This document shows, one piece after another, positions 11,577 to 20,635 of a stretch of 64,000 nucleotides of DNA (its first letter is position 1; each line of letters starts with the position of its first letter). A program made the position numbers and the translations under genes. Where the stretch lies: assembly GCA_963707025.1 (NCBI GenBank), contig CAVPOM010000005.1, forward strand, positions 480,001 through 544,000, given 5' to 3'. This stretch comes from an uncultured Verrucomicrobiae bacterium. Lineage in GTDB: Bacteria > Verrucomicrobiota > Verrucomicrobiia > Limisphaerales > Palsa-1400. Below the pieces are notes generated by a model, which was given only the letters and a program-made list of their open reading frames with translations, searched no databases and was not told the DNA's origin.

Positions 11577-13409
11577 ATGGCCGAGAGCAAAAAACATGTT
11601 TACGACGAGAGCAAAATCAAAACGCTCTCCTCCCTGGAACACATCCGCCTGCGCACCGGCATGTACATCGGCCGCATCGGCGACGGCTCCCATTGCGACG
11701 ACGGCTGCTACATCCTGATCAAGGAGATCATTGATAACGCGGTGGACGAATTCATCATGGGCTACGGCAAGGAAGTGCAGCTTAACATCGAGGGTCACAC
11801 CGTCGCCATCCGTGATTTCGGCCGCGGCATCCCCCTGGGCAAGGTGGTGGATTGCGTCTCCAAAATCAACACCGGCGCCAAATACAACGACGACGTCTTC
11901 CAGTTCAGCGTCGGCCTCAACGGCGTCGGCACCAAGGCCGTCAACGCCTTGTCCCGGGAATTCCTGGTGCGCAGCCATCGCGGCGGCGAATTTGTGGAGG
12001 CCTCCTTCAAAACCGGCCGGCTGAAAAGCGAAAAGAACGGCAAGGCGCCGGGCGAACCGGACGGAACCTTCATCCGCTTCGTGCCCGACCCGGAGATTTT
12101 CAAAGAGTGGCAGTTCCGCCCGGAATGGGTGGAACGGCGCCTGCGCCATTACAGCTACCTCAACAGCGGCCTCAAGCTCATTTACAACGGCCAGACCTTC
12201 GTCTCGCGCAACGGCCTGTTGGATCTGGTGCTGGAGGATTTGCGCGCCGACAACGCCGAGCCGATTTATCCGCCGCTCCATTATGCCGGCAAAACGCTCG
12301 AGTTTTGTTTCACCCACAGCAACAGCCGTTACGGCGAGACTTTTTTCTCCTTCGTCAACGGCCAGTACACCAGCGACGGCGGCACCCACCTCAGCGCCTT
12401 TCGCGAGGGCCTGCTCAAGGCCGTCAATGAATTTGCCAGGGGGAAATTCGAGGGCGACGACGTGCGCGAGTGCATGATCGGCGCCGTTTCCATCCGCCTG
12501 AAGGACCCGGTCTTTGAATCGCAAACCAAAAACAAGCTCGGCAACACCGAAATCCGCTCCGATCTGGTCAACACCGTGCGCGAGGAATTGCTCCATTTTT
12601 TCAACCGCAACAAGGAGGTCGCGGAAAAAATCATGGCCAAGGCCGAGGACACCCGGCAGTTGCGCAAGGAATTGCAGGAAGTCAAAAAACTGGCCCGCGA
12701 GCGCGCCAAGGCCATCACCCTGCGCATCCCCCAGCTCAAGGACTGCAAACTTCATTTTGACAAGGCGAAGGGCAAGGGCCGCGGCTCCATGATTTTCCTC
12801 ACCGAAGGCCAGTCCGCCGCCGGCTCCATCGTCAGTTGCCGCGACGTCGCCACCCAGGCCATTTTCGTCCTCAAAGGCAAGCCGCTCAACGTCTGGGACC
12901 TCAAGCGCGACATTGTCTATCGCAACGACGAGCTGTACAACCTCATGCGCAGCCTGGACATCGAAGACAACCTGGAGGGCCTGCGCTACGAGAAAGTCAT
13001 CCTGGCCACCGATGCCGACGTGGACGGCCTGCACATCCGCAACTTGCTCATCACCTATTTCTTCCGTTTTTTCGAGCATCTGGTCCACGACGGCCATCTC
13101 TTCGTGCTGGAAACACCCCTCTTCCGCGTGCGCAACCGCGAGCAAACCATTTACTGCTACAGCGAGGCCGAGCGCGACGCCGCCGTGGCCAGGCTGGGCC
13201 AGAGCGCCGAGATCACCCGTTTCAAGGGCCTGGGCGAAATCACTCCGTCCGAATTCAAACAATTCATCGGCGACCGGATGAGATTGAGCCAGGTGGAATA
13301 CGCCGCCAAGCCCGAGGCCGCGGGAATCCTGGGATTTTACATGGGCAAAAACACCCCCGAGCGCAAAGACTACATCATGGAGAACCTCGTCGTGCCTGTG
13401 GAGGATTGA
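11577..13409 (+). CDS. parE: Type IIA topoisomerase B subunit (topo IV type)
   Basis: HIRLRTGMYIG, EIIDNAVDE, GLNGVG, EGQSA, DADVDGLHI; short 610-aa form. Confidence 0.9.
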   Translation: MAESKKHVYDESKIKTLSSLEHIRLRTGMYIGRIGDGSHCDDGCYILIKEIIDNAVDEFIMGYGKEVQLNIEGHTVAIRDFGRGIPLGKVVDCVSKINTGAKYNDDVFQFSVGLNGVGTKAVNALSREFLVRSHRGGEFVEASFKTGRLKSEKNGKAPGEPDGTFIRFVPDPEIFKEWQFRPEWVERRLRHYSYLNSGLKLIYNGQTFVSRNGLLDLVLEDLRADNAEPIYPPLHYAGKTLEFCFTHSNSRYGETFFSFVNGQYTSDGGTHLSAFREGLLKAVNEFARGKFEGDDVRECMIGAVSIRLKDPVFESQTKNKLGNTEIRSDLVNTVREELLHFFNRNKEVAEKIMAKAEDTRQLRKELQEVKKLARERAKAITLRIPQLKDCKLHFDKAKGKGRGSMIFLTEGQSAAGSIVSCRDVATQAIFVLKGKPLNVWDLKRDIVYRNDELYNLMRSLDIEDNLEGLRYEKVILATDADVDGLHIRNLLITYFFRFFEHLVHDGHLFVLETPLFRVRNREQTIYCYSEAERDAAVARLGQSAEITRFKGLGEITPSEFKQFIGDRMRLSQVEYAAKPEAAGILGFYMGKNTPERKDYIMENLVVPVED

Positions 13410-13465
13410 CCGCCGAATTGCTCAATGTCACTTGCACCCATGCGGTGCCCTGATAAACTTACATT

Positions 13466-13864
13466 ATGAGCAGCAAAGAAATCGCCGTGGCCTTGATCGG
13501 CAAATTGCCGGAGGAAGCAACATTGAAGGACATCGCCCAGCAAATTGAGATGATCGCTGGCTCTGAGATCGGCCATATTCATCGCGATGCTCAGGGGCGA
13601 GCATGGATTGACGATACCAACGTCAAGGTCATCGAAGTGGTTCTTGACCATTTGGCGACGGGCTCGTCCTCCGAAGAAATTCACGTTCAGTATCCGCACC
13701 TTTCGCTGGCGCAAATTCATGCGGCGCTGGCCTTTTATCACGACAATCGGGATGAGTTCGACGATGAAATCAATCGCGGGGTGAATCAAGCCGATTCGGC
13801 TTGGGCCGCCAATCAGAACTCCCCACTCCGGCAGCGTTTGCGGGCTTTGGGCAAACTTCGGTGA
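13466..13864 (+). CDS. DUF433 family antitoxin with N-terminal extension
   Basis: GRAWIDDTNVKVIEVV...EEIHVQYPHLSLAQIHAALAFY. Confidence 0.85.
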   Translation: MSSKEIAVALIGKLPEEATLKDIAQQIEMIAGSEIGHIHRDAQGRAWIDDTNVKVIEVVLDHLATGSSSEEIHVQYPHLSLAQIHAALAFYHDNRDEFDDEINRGVNQADSAWAANQNSPLRQRLRALGKLR

Positions 13865-14211
13865 GTGTGGCCCTTTACATGGATGTGCATGTGCCCCGCG
13901 CCATCACGGTCGCTCTTCGCGCTCGTGGTATGGATGTCCTTACCGCGCAGGAGGATGAGGCGGCCCTTTTCTCGGATTCCGAATTGCTTGACAGAACCCG
14001 TGAGCTTCTTCGTGTGCTTTTCAGCCGCGACGAGGACTTGCTGGCTGAAACAGCCGCACGCCAGAGATCTGGCCGAACTTTTTCAGGTTTGGTTTATGCC
14101 CATCAATTGCGCGTCACGATTGGCCAATGTATCAACGATCTTGAATTGATTGGAAAACTTTGTGAGCCAGACGACTTGGTAAATCGCGTCGAGCATCTGC
14201 CGTTAAGGTAG
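13861..14211 (+). CDS. DUF5615/VapC45-like PIN toxin
   Basis: GTG overlapping the antitoxin stop; LYMDVHVP...GMDVLT...SDSELL...RVLFSRDEDLL. Confidence 0.85.
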   Translation: MSVALYMDVHVPRAITVALRARGMDVLTAQEDEAALFSDSELLDRTRELLRVLFSRDEDLLAETAARQRSGRTFSGLVYAHQLRVTIGQCINDLELIGKLCEPDDLVNRVEHLPLR

Positions 14212-14222
14212 CCAACGAAAAT

Positions 14223-16307
14223 ATGGCATCCAAACGCAAACCAGAAGATCCGCCGCCAACACTGCCGCCGGCGGCGCAACCATCCGCCGACTCGCCCGCT
14301 GCTGAAAGGCACGTCCAGGCGGAGCAAGTAGAACTGGCGCCGCACCGGCCGTTCGTGCCGGGAAAAATTGATCTCGCGCTGCACAAACGCGTGGACCGCA
14401 GTTTCCTGGACTACGCCTCCTACGTCATCCGCGACCGCGCCATTCCCAAGTTGTCCGACGGCCTCAAACCGGTGCAGCGCCGCATCCTGTGGGCCATGCA
14501 CGAAAGCGATGACGGACGCTTCACCAAGGTGGCCAATGTGCGGGGCGACGCCACCAAATACCATCCGCACGGGGATGCTTCCATTGACGCCGCCCTGGTC
14601 GTGCTGGCCAACAAACGCTACCTCATCGAAGGCCAGGGAAATTTTGGCAACCTCCACACCGGCGATCCGGCCGCCGCGCCCCGCTACATCGAATGCCGCC
14701 TGACCGAACTGGCCCGCACCGAGCTGTTCAACGATGCGCTCACCGAATTTGTCCCCAGCTACGACGGCCGAAAAATGGAGCCGGTCGCGCTGCCCAGCAA
14801 ACTTCCCCTGCTGCTCATGCTGGGGACCGAGGGCATCGCCGTCGGCATGTCGTGCTGCATCCTGCCGCACAATTTCCCCGAATTGCTCCAGGCGCAAATC
14901 GCCATTCTGAAGAAACAGCCGTTCAAAGTGCTGCCCGATTTCCAAACCGGCGGCCTGATGGACGCCCGCCAATACCGCGACGGCGCCGGCAGCGTCAAGA
15001 TGCGCGCCAAAATCAAAGTCAAGGACGCCTCCACCGTCGTCATCCAGGAAATCCCCCCCAACACCACCACCGAAACGCTCCTCGCCTCCATCGAGGACGC
15101 CTCGCGCAAGGGCAAGATCAAGGTGAGGAGCATCAACGATTTCACGGCGGAAGAGGTGGAAATCGAAGTCAAGGCCCCAAGCGGCGTCACGGCGGAACAA
15201 TTGGTGGACGCCCTTTACGCCTTCACGGATTGCGAAACCACCCTCTCCAGCCGCCTGGCGGTCATCCGGGACAACCGGCCGGTGGAGATGACGGTATCGG
15301 AGGTGTTGCGGGAAAACACCGCGCAGCTGGTGGCCACGCTGAAGCGCGAGCTGGAATTGCGCGAGAGCCAGCTCCAGCAGGAACTCCATTCCAAAACGCT
15401 CGTGCGTATTTTCATCGAAAATCGTATTTACAAGACCATCGAACCCTGCCGCACCAACGAAGCCGTGCTCCGGGCCGTGCAGGACGGTTTCAAGCCGTTC
15501 CGCCGCCAGATGTACCGCGAGCTGGCCGCCGGGGACCTGGAGATGCTCCTGGGCGTGCGCATCCGGCGCATTTCGCTCTTTGACATCAACAAACATCGCG
15601 AGGAGATGGACCAGATCAAGGCCGATTTGGAGCAAACCCGCGGGCATCTGAAGAATGTCAACCGCTACGCCATCGCCCATCTGGAGGCGCTTCTGGCCAA
15701 ATACGGCCCCCTCTATCCGCGCCTGACCAAGTCCAGCCGCTACGACGAGGTGGACGCGCGCGAGGCCGCCTTCAAGGCCTTCAAAGTGGCCTACGACCGC
15801 CCGTCCGGCTACCTGGGCCACAAAGTTTCCGGGGAGGAATTCAAACTGGACTGCACCAAGTTTGACAAGCTGCTGATGGTGTTCAAGGACGGCCACTACA
15901 AAGTGGTGGAGCTGCCCGAAAAAATGTTCGTCGGGCCGGACCTGGTTTTTTGCGCGCTGCCCGAACGCGAACGGGTCATGACCCTGGCCTACACCAATCG
16001 CGACGCCAGCTATGTGAAACGGTTCACCTTTGGCGGGACGATTTTGAACAAGGAGTATTTCTGCATTCCACCAAAGTCAAGAATACTTTTCTTTGAACCG
16101 GACACTCCGGCGGAGCTGTTCATCCGCTACAAGGCCGCGCCCTATCAAAAGATCAACCAGCAAACCTGCCAGCCGGCGCAGGTGGAAGTCAAAGGCCCCA
16201 AAACCCGCGGGCGGCAGATTTCCATCAAGGAAGTCGCCGCCATCAACAGCAAGCCGCCGCGCGGCTGGGACCCGGCGGCGGCGACGACAAAATTGGAATT
16301 CGTATGA
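14223..16307 (+). CDS. parC: Type IIA topoisomerase A subunit (topo IV type)
   Basis: DGLKPVQRRIL, YHPHGD, catalytic AAPRYIE; short CTD with no recognisable GyrA box. Confidence 0.9.
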   Translation: MASKRKPEDPPPTLPPAAQPSADSPAAERHVQAEQVELAPHRPFVPGKIDLALHKRVDRSFLDYASYVIRDRAIPKLSDGLKPVQRRILWAMHESDDGRFTKVANVRGDATKYHPHGDASIDAALVVLANKRYLIEGQGNFGNLHTGDPAAAPRYIECRLTELARTELFNDALTEFVPSYDGRKMEPVALPSKLPLLLMLGTEGIAVGMSCCILPHNFPELLQAQIAILKKQPFKVLPDFQTGGLMDARQYRDGAGSVKMRAKIKVKDASTVVIQEIPPNTTTETLLASIEDASRKGKIKVRSINDFTAEEVEIEVKAPSGVTAEQLVDALYAFTDCETTLSSRLAVIRDNRPVEMTVSEVLRENTAQLVATLKRELELRESQLQQELHSKTLVRIFIENRIYKTIEPCRTNEAVLRAVQDGFKPFRRQMYRELAAGDLEMLLGVRIRRISLFDINKHREEMDQIKADLEQTRGHLKNVNRYAIAHLEALLAKYGPLYPRLTKSSRYDEVDAREAAFKAFKVAYDRPSGYLGHKVSGEEFKLDCTKFDKLLMVFKDGHYKVVELPEKMFVGPDLVFCALPERERVMTLAYTNRDASYVKRFTFGGTILNKEYFCIPPKSRILFFEPDTPAELFIRYKAAPYQKINQQTCQPAQVEVKGPKTRGRQISIKEVAAINSKPPRGWDPAAATTKLEFV

Positions 16308-16418
16308 GAACCGGCCCTGTAGCGTCGGCGCTGTGCGCCGATTCCATTTCCTCTCCCCACGCAGTGGAGAAAGATGGCCAGGGAGAGGGATTCATTCCAT
16401 CCAATGGCGGGCGTCGGC

Positions 16419-16643
16419 TTAACCGCCGAAGTGCAGAACAGAACCACCCAAACGGCGGCCTTTTGTGATCCTTAGCCGTACTTCGAGGCTGATTTCCTTT
16501 TCGATGCGGGCGCGGTCCTTCTCCGAAGCCTTGGCCAGTTCGCCGGCGCGGGCCTGGCGCAGTTCGCCGGCCAGGCGCTCGATCTCTTGCTTCGGTACGG
16601 CATAACCTGGCGGCACGATTGGTCTCATAAATTTGCCAATCAT
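16419..16643 (-). CDS. Hypothetical protein (74 aa)
   Basis: Isolated ORF with charged helical composition; no family recognised. Confidence 0.45.
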   Translation of the reverse strand: MIGKFMRPIVPPGYAVPKQEIERLAGELRQARAGELAKASEKDRARIEKEISLEVRLRITKGRRLGGSVLHFGG

Positions 16644-16685
16644 TTTAGACAGGATTTGGGGCGAGTAACGTCTTAAATTAAAGAG

Positions 16686-17199
16686 ATGGCATCATCGCCC
16701 GACATCGCACGGCTCTACGACGCCCACGCCCCCGCCCTGTTCGCCTTCCTCCTGAACCTGTTGCGCAACGAAGCGGACACTTTCGATGTCATGCAGGATT
16801 TGTTCATCAAGCTGGGCCGGCGTTCCGGGCTTGTTGCAGGGCGTGCGCGAGGAACGCGGCTTCCTTTTGCGGATGGCCCACAACGCCGCCATTGACTTGA
16901 TTCGCCGGCACGACGCGCGCGAAAGGAATTACGCCCAGCTCGCCCGCGAACAGATTTGGCTCTTCGCCAAAAGTCCCGATCCTGACGAACAACTCTTCCG
17001 CGAAAAACTGGCCGCAGCCCTCGGCGAACTTCCTCCCGACCAGCGCGCCGTCGTCCATTTAAAGCTTTGGGAAAAGCTCACCTTCGAGGCCATTGCCGAA
17101 ACCCTGGAAATCCCCCTGAACACCGCCGCCAGCCGGTACCGCTACGGATTAGACAAATTGCGCGACCGGCTGCGTCCCCTCTATGACGAAATCAAATGA
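16686..17199 (+). CDS. ECF RNA polymerase sigma factor (1-nt frameshift at 16823-16824)
   Basis: Region 2 LYDAHAPALFAF..DVMQDLFIKL and region 4 TFEAIAETLEIPLNTAASRYRYG are in different frames; removing one T gives 170 aa. Confidence 0.9.
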
Positions 17200-17669
17200 A
17201 CGCCGATTTTGAAAAACACCTGCAAGGCCAGCCCCTGCGCGAACTCCCCCGCGACTGGCGCGCTGAAATCCTGGCCGCCGCCTCTGGCCTTCGAGACCGT
17301 GGCGACGGTGCGACGTTATTGACGGATGAGGACAAGGCAGGGCGGGCAGTCCTCTGCCCGCCGCGGCGCGCACGGAGTGCGCGCCCTGCCTCCTTAGACG
17401 GAATCTCCACCTGGCCCTCGTTACGAGGCTGGGCGGCCCTGGCCGCAGTGTGGGTTGTGATTTTCCTGCTCCACCTGACCGCAGCGGACAAACCGCGCCT
17501 GGCCGGGAATTCACCTGGAATGACGATGCGATCCTTTGCCATGTTGCACGAACAAACGCTGATGATGGCCGAGACCCTCGGCCAATCCAATCCTCACCAA
17601 CCGGCCGCCGCCGACCCGGCTCCGCCGAGACCCCGGAGCGAAATAGCGCACAGACAACTCATCGGCTGA
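17196..17669 (+). CDS. Putative membrane-anchored anti-sigma factor containing an in-frame REP insertion
   Basis: ATGA overlap with the sigma gene; single TM WAALAAVWVVIFLL. Confidence 0.7.
   Translation: MNADFEKHLQGQPLRELPRDWRAEILAAASGLRDRGDGATLLTDEDKAGRAVLCPPRRARSARPASLDGISTWPSLRGWAALAAVWVVIFLLHLTAADKPRLAGNSPGMTMRSFAMLHEQTLMMAETLGQSNPHQPAAADPAPPRPRSEIAHRQLIG
17335..17391. repeat. REP doublet inside a CDS
   Basis: 17355-17390 matches the reverse complement of 11204-11239 at 35 of 36 positions. Confidence 0.8.
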
Positions 17670-17681
17670 CTTAACGATTAT

Positions 17682-19241
17682 ATGGAAACTTCCCCCACCC
17701 TCACACCGCCCGCCCGCAAAATGTCCGGCAAGCGTTTTTTTACCTGGCGCGTCATGCGCAAGGTGGTTTTTGTTTTGGCGGCATTGATCACCCTGGCCGC
17801 GCTGGTTGTTGCCGAAGAAGATTGGCGCGGTTCCCGGGCTTGGGCGAACTACAAGCGTGACATGGAAGCTAAAGGTGATCATTTCGACGTCGCCCGCTTG
17901 ATTCCGCCCAAAGTCCCCGATGACGAGAATTTTGCCATGACTCCGATTCTCGCGGCGGTTTTTACTTCGCCGCCTGGAGATGCGAGCCTGCCGCTCAAGG
18001 TCGCGACGAACAAGGTCGGTGACGGATATTTTGCCGCAGTCAACAGAGGCACAAACATTGCCCCCCCTTGGTTTGATCGTCCTGTAAAGCGCCAGCCTCG
18101 CCCTTTGGGCTGGAACTATGCGACGGCCGTGGATTTGAACGGCTGGGCGGCCGCGATCCGGGAGGCAAATCCGGCCTTGCCCGCTGCCGAAATCACCAAC
18201 CCGGTCCAGGCCGCAACTACTGTGCTGGACAACATGAAAAGCGGCGACTTCACCCTGGCGGAACTGCAATCCGCCGCCGCGCGCCGCTATTCCCGCTTTA
18301 ACATTCCTTATGAGGAATGGGACAAGCCGGAGGTAGTTGAAGCGACGATGCAACATTTTGCCATGACAAAGTGGCTGTTTAGGTATCTCACCTTGCACGC
18401 CGAAGCTGAAATGGTTTCGGGCCGCTCCGACGAGGCCCTCAAGGACCTCCATGTGATGTTCCGCCTTGACGACGGGTTGAAAGACGAACCGCTGCTCATC
18501 TCGCAGTTGGTGCGGATGGCCGCCACCACAATTATGTTGCAATCCGTCGGCGAGGGGCTGGCGGAACATCGCTGGTCTGAGGAGCAACTGCAAATCTTGC
18601 AGGACCGGCTGCAAAAGACCGATCTGCTCGCCTCAACCGTCCTGGCGTTGCGCGGGGAGCGCGACATTTGCGTCAACTTGAAGTTCGACCAAAGCTACAT
18701 GGCGCCGCGCGGCTGGAATCGTCTCGAACAATTCAACCTCAATCGTGCCTGCAATGAAACGGTTTTGCCCCGGTTAGATCTGGCGGCGAGAGAAATCAAT
18801 CCAAGCGTCAATCATTCGATGGATCTGGCTTTTCAAAAATCCTACGGCGCAAAAGGTTTCAGCGCCTTCCTTCATCATACCATCATGGCGAACTTGACGC
18901 TGCCCGCCTTCGCGCGGGTCGCAGAAAAGGCCGCACTGGCGCAAAGCGAGGTGGACATGGCCATGGTGGCGTGCGCCTTGGAACGATGCCGGCTGGCGCA
19001 AGGCCAATATCCCAAAGAACTTAATGCCCTGGTTCCCCGTTTCGCCGCCACCCTGCCCCACGACATCATCAACGGCCAGCCTCTAAAATACCGGCGGACG
19101 GAAAACGGCCGGTTCATCCTCTACTCGGTTGGCTGGAACGAAAAAGACGACGGCGGTGTGGTCGCCGCCACCAAAGACAATCCAGTTCGGCAGGACCAGT
19201 TGCAAGGCGACTGGGTGTGGCGGTACCCGGAAAAACCCTAA
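17682..19241 (+). CDS. Membrane-anchored hypothetical protein of the ECF operon with pseudopilin-like C-terminal motif
   Basis: N-terminal TM; C-terminal GQYPKELNALVP...DIINGQPLKY...LYSVGWNEKDDGG. Confidence 0.75.
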   Translation: METSPTLTPPARKMSGKRFFTWRVMRKVVFVLAALITLAALVVAEEDWRGSRAWANYKRDMEAKGDHFDVARLIPPKVPDDENFAMTPILAAVFTSPPGDASLPLKVATNKVGDGYFAAVNRGTNIAPPWFDRPVKRQPRPLGWNYATAVDLNGWAAAIREANPALPAAEITNPVQAATTVLDNMKSGDFTLAELQSAAARRYSRFNIPYEEWDKPEVVEATMQHFAMTKWLFRYLTLHAEAEMVSGRSDEALKDLHVMFRLDDGLKDEPLLISQLVRMAATTIMLQSVGEGLAEHRWSEEQLQILQDRLQKTDLLASTVLALRGERDICVNLKFDQSYMAPRGWNRLEQFNLNRACNETVLPRLDLAAREINPSVNHSMDLAFQKSYGAKGFSAFLHHTIMANLTLPAFARVAEKAALAQSEVDMAMVACALERCRLAQGQYPKELNALVPRFAATLPHDIINGQPLKYRRTENGRFILYSVGWNEKDDGGVVAATKDNPVRQDQLQGDWVWRYPEKP

Positions 19242-19732
19242 GCCGGCTCCGGCCCGTCATAAGCTCCGAGCAGGACCATTTGGAAAAAGCCGCTCAGTTC
19301 CAGGGCCGACATGGCGCGCGTCTGCTCCACGGTCAGTTTCCCCAGGGGCACCGGTTCCAGTTCGGGCAGGCCCAGCTTCACCCAACAGCCCACGCGCACG
19401 TCGTTCAACACCTGCAGCAGCCACTCCATCTGCTCGGCCGTGAGGGTGAAGCGAAATTGGCCCGGCGCTTCCAGCCGGAAACGGCCGGGGGTGGCAAAGA
19501 ACTTTTCGAGTTTGCCGATATGTTCGCAGCGGCGCTGCGCCATCGCTTCTTCCAGCAATTGTTGTTCGGCTTTGATTTCTTCGGCGGCGCCCTGGGTGAT
19601 CTGGTGATAGCCCGAATCCAGTTGCGGATAGAACTTCAGGATGCCCAGCAGCCATTCCAACTCCTGCTTGCTGATCTGGAAAACAAAGGCGGCGGGACCA
19701 TTGCCGCTTTTTTGGGAACGAATGAATTTCAT
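19238..19732 (-). CDS. Hypothetical protein coupled to clpS (DUF2017-like)
   Basis: ATGA overlap with clpS; WLLQVLNDVRV motif. Confidence 0.65.
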   Translation of the reverse strand: MKFIRSQKSGNGPAAFVFQISKQELEWLLGILKFYPQLDSGYHQITQGAAEEIKAEQQLLEEAMAQRRCEHIGKLEKFFATPGRFRLEAPGQFRFTLTAEQMEWLLQVLNDVRVGCWVKLGLPELEPVPLGKLTVEQTRAMSALELSGFFQMVLLGAYDGPEPA

Positions 19733-20037
19733 TCCTCGCGTTCCATGGTGGCCTGCAGGCCGTAGCCTTGCAATTGATGAACGTAATGCTCGGCCTTTTC
19801 AAAAGTCTCGCGCGCCAGCAAACTTTTGCCCGCCTGATGGACCTGCATCATGTGCCGCTCCGCCCGCGCCTTGGGCCAGCCGAAGACAATTTGAAAAACG
19901 TGTGTCACATAGACCATTAAGTTGACAGGATCATTCCAGCAAATCACCACGTAACCCCGGTCCCGCAGTTCGCGAGGCTCGGTTTTCTCTTTCTTCCCCG
20001 TTTTGGGCGGAGCGATGGGCGCAGCCGACTGAGACAT
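19729..20037 (-). CDS. clpS: Clp protease adaptor ClpS
   Basis: VICWNDPVNLMVYVTHVFQ...MMQVHQAGKS. Confidence 0.92.
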   Translation of the reverse strand: MSQSAAPIAPPKTGKKEKTEPRELRDRGYVVICWNDPVNLMVYVTHVFQIVFGWPKARAERHMMQVHQAGKSLLARETFEKAEHYVHQLQGYGLQATMEREE

Positions 20038-20159
20038 GCCCGCAATATACCAACGATCCGGCTCTTGCGCCAGCCGGGAAAAACGGGGCGAATGGAAATG
20101 GAGAAATAACTTGAATTTAACGGCCGGCGGGGCGTCCATAAGAATATACGGAACACATT

Positions 20160-20612
20160 ATGAAAAAACTATTTCTCGCCTTGCTTGGAATCGCCGGAGC
20201 CAGCCTCGCGGCTCAAGCCCAGTCGGAGGGCATTTCCTTCTACCTGCAACCGGACAACAGCCCCATCATTGTGGGAGGCGCTGCGCCAGTCTATGCTCAA
20301 CCTGTTTATACCCAGCAAATTGCATACGAAACACCAGTCCAGTACAACGCACCGGTGCAATACGTTGCGCCAGTCCAGTACAATGCGCCGGTCCAGTACA
20401 ATGCGCCGGCGCAATACAACGCGCCGGTCCAATACAATGCTCCGGTCATACAGAACGCGCCGGTGTATTACACCACTGACCCCTGCCAGGCAGAACCGGT
20501 CTATTCCGCTCCGACGGATTGCGTTGATTACTCATATTCGACCGTCCAAGTCATTCGCTTTGGCGGAGCCCAGGCGCGCCAGCAGGGCTACAGCTTCGGT
20601 GCGGGGCGTTGA
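20160..20612 (+). CDS. Secreted protein with (APVQYN)n repeats
   Basis: Signal peptide MKKLFLALLGIAGASLAAQA; about 7 hexapeptide repeats. Confidence 0.8.
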   Translation: MKKLFLALLGIAGASLAAQAQSEGISFYLQPDNSPIIVGGAAPVYAQPVYTQQIAYETPVQYNAPVQYVAPVQYNAPVQYNAPAQYNAPVQYNAPVIQNAPVYYTTDPCQAEPVYSAPTDCVDYSYSTVQVIRFGGAQARQQGYSFGAGR

Positions 20613-20635
20613 GCCATTTGGCGAGTTCTCAGGGC

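Noticed and set aside
11577..16307. DNA gyrase gyrB/gyrA
   Set aside because: Short subunits and no recognisable GyrA box favour topo IV type, though this needs phylogeny
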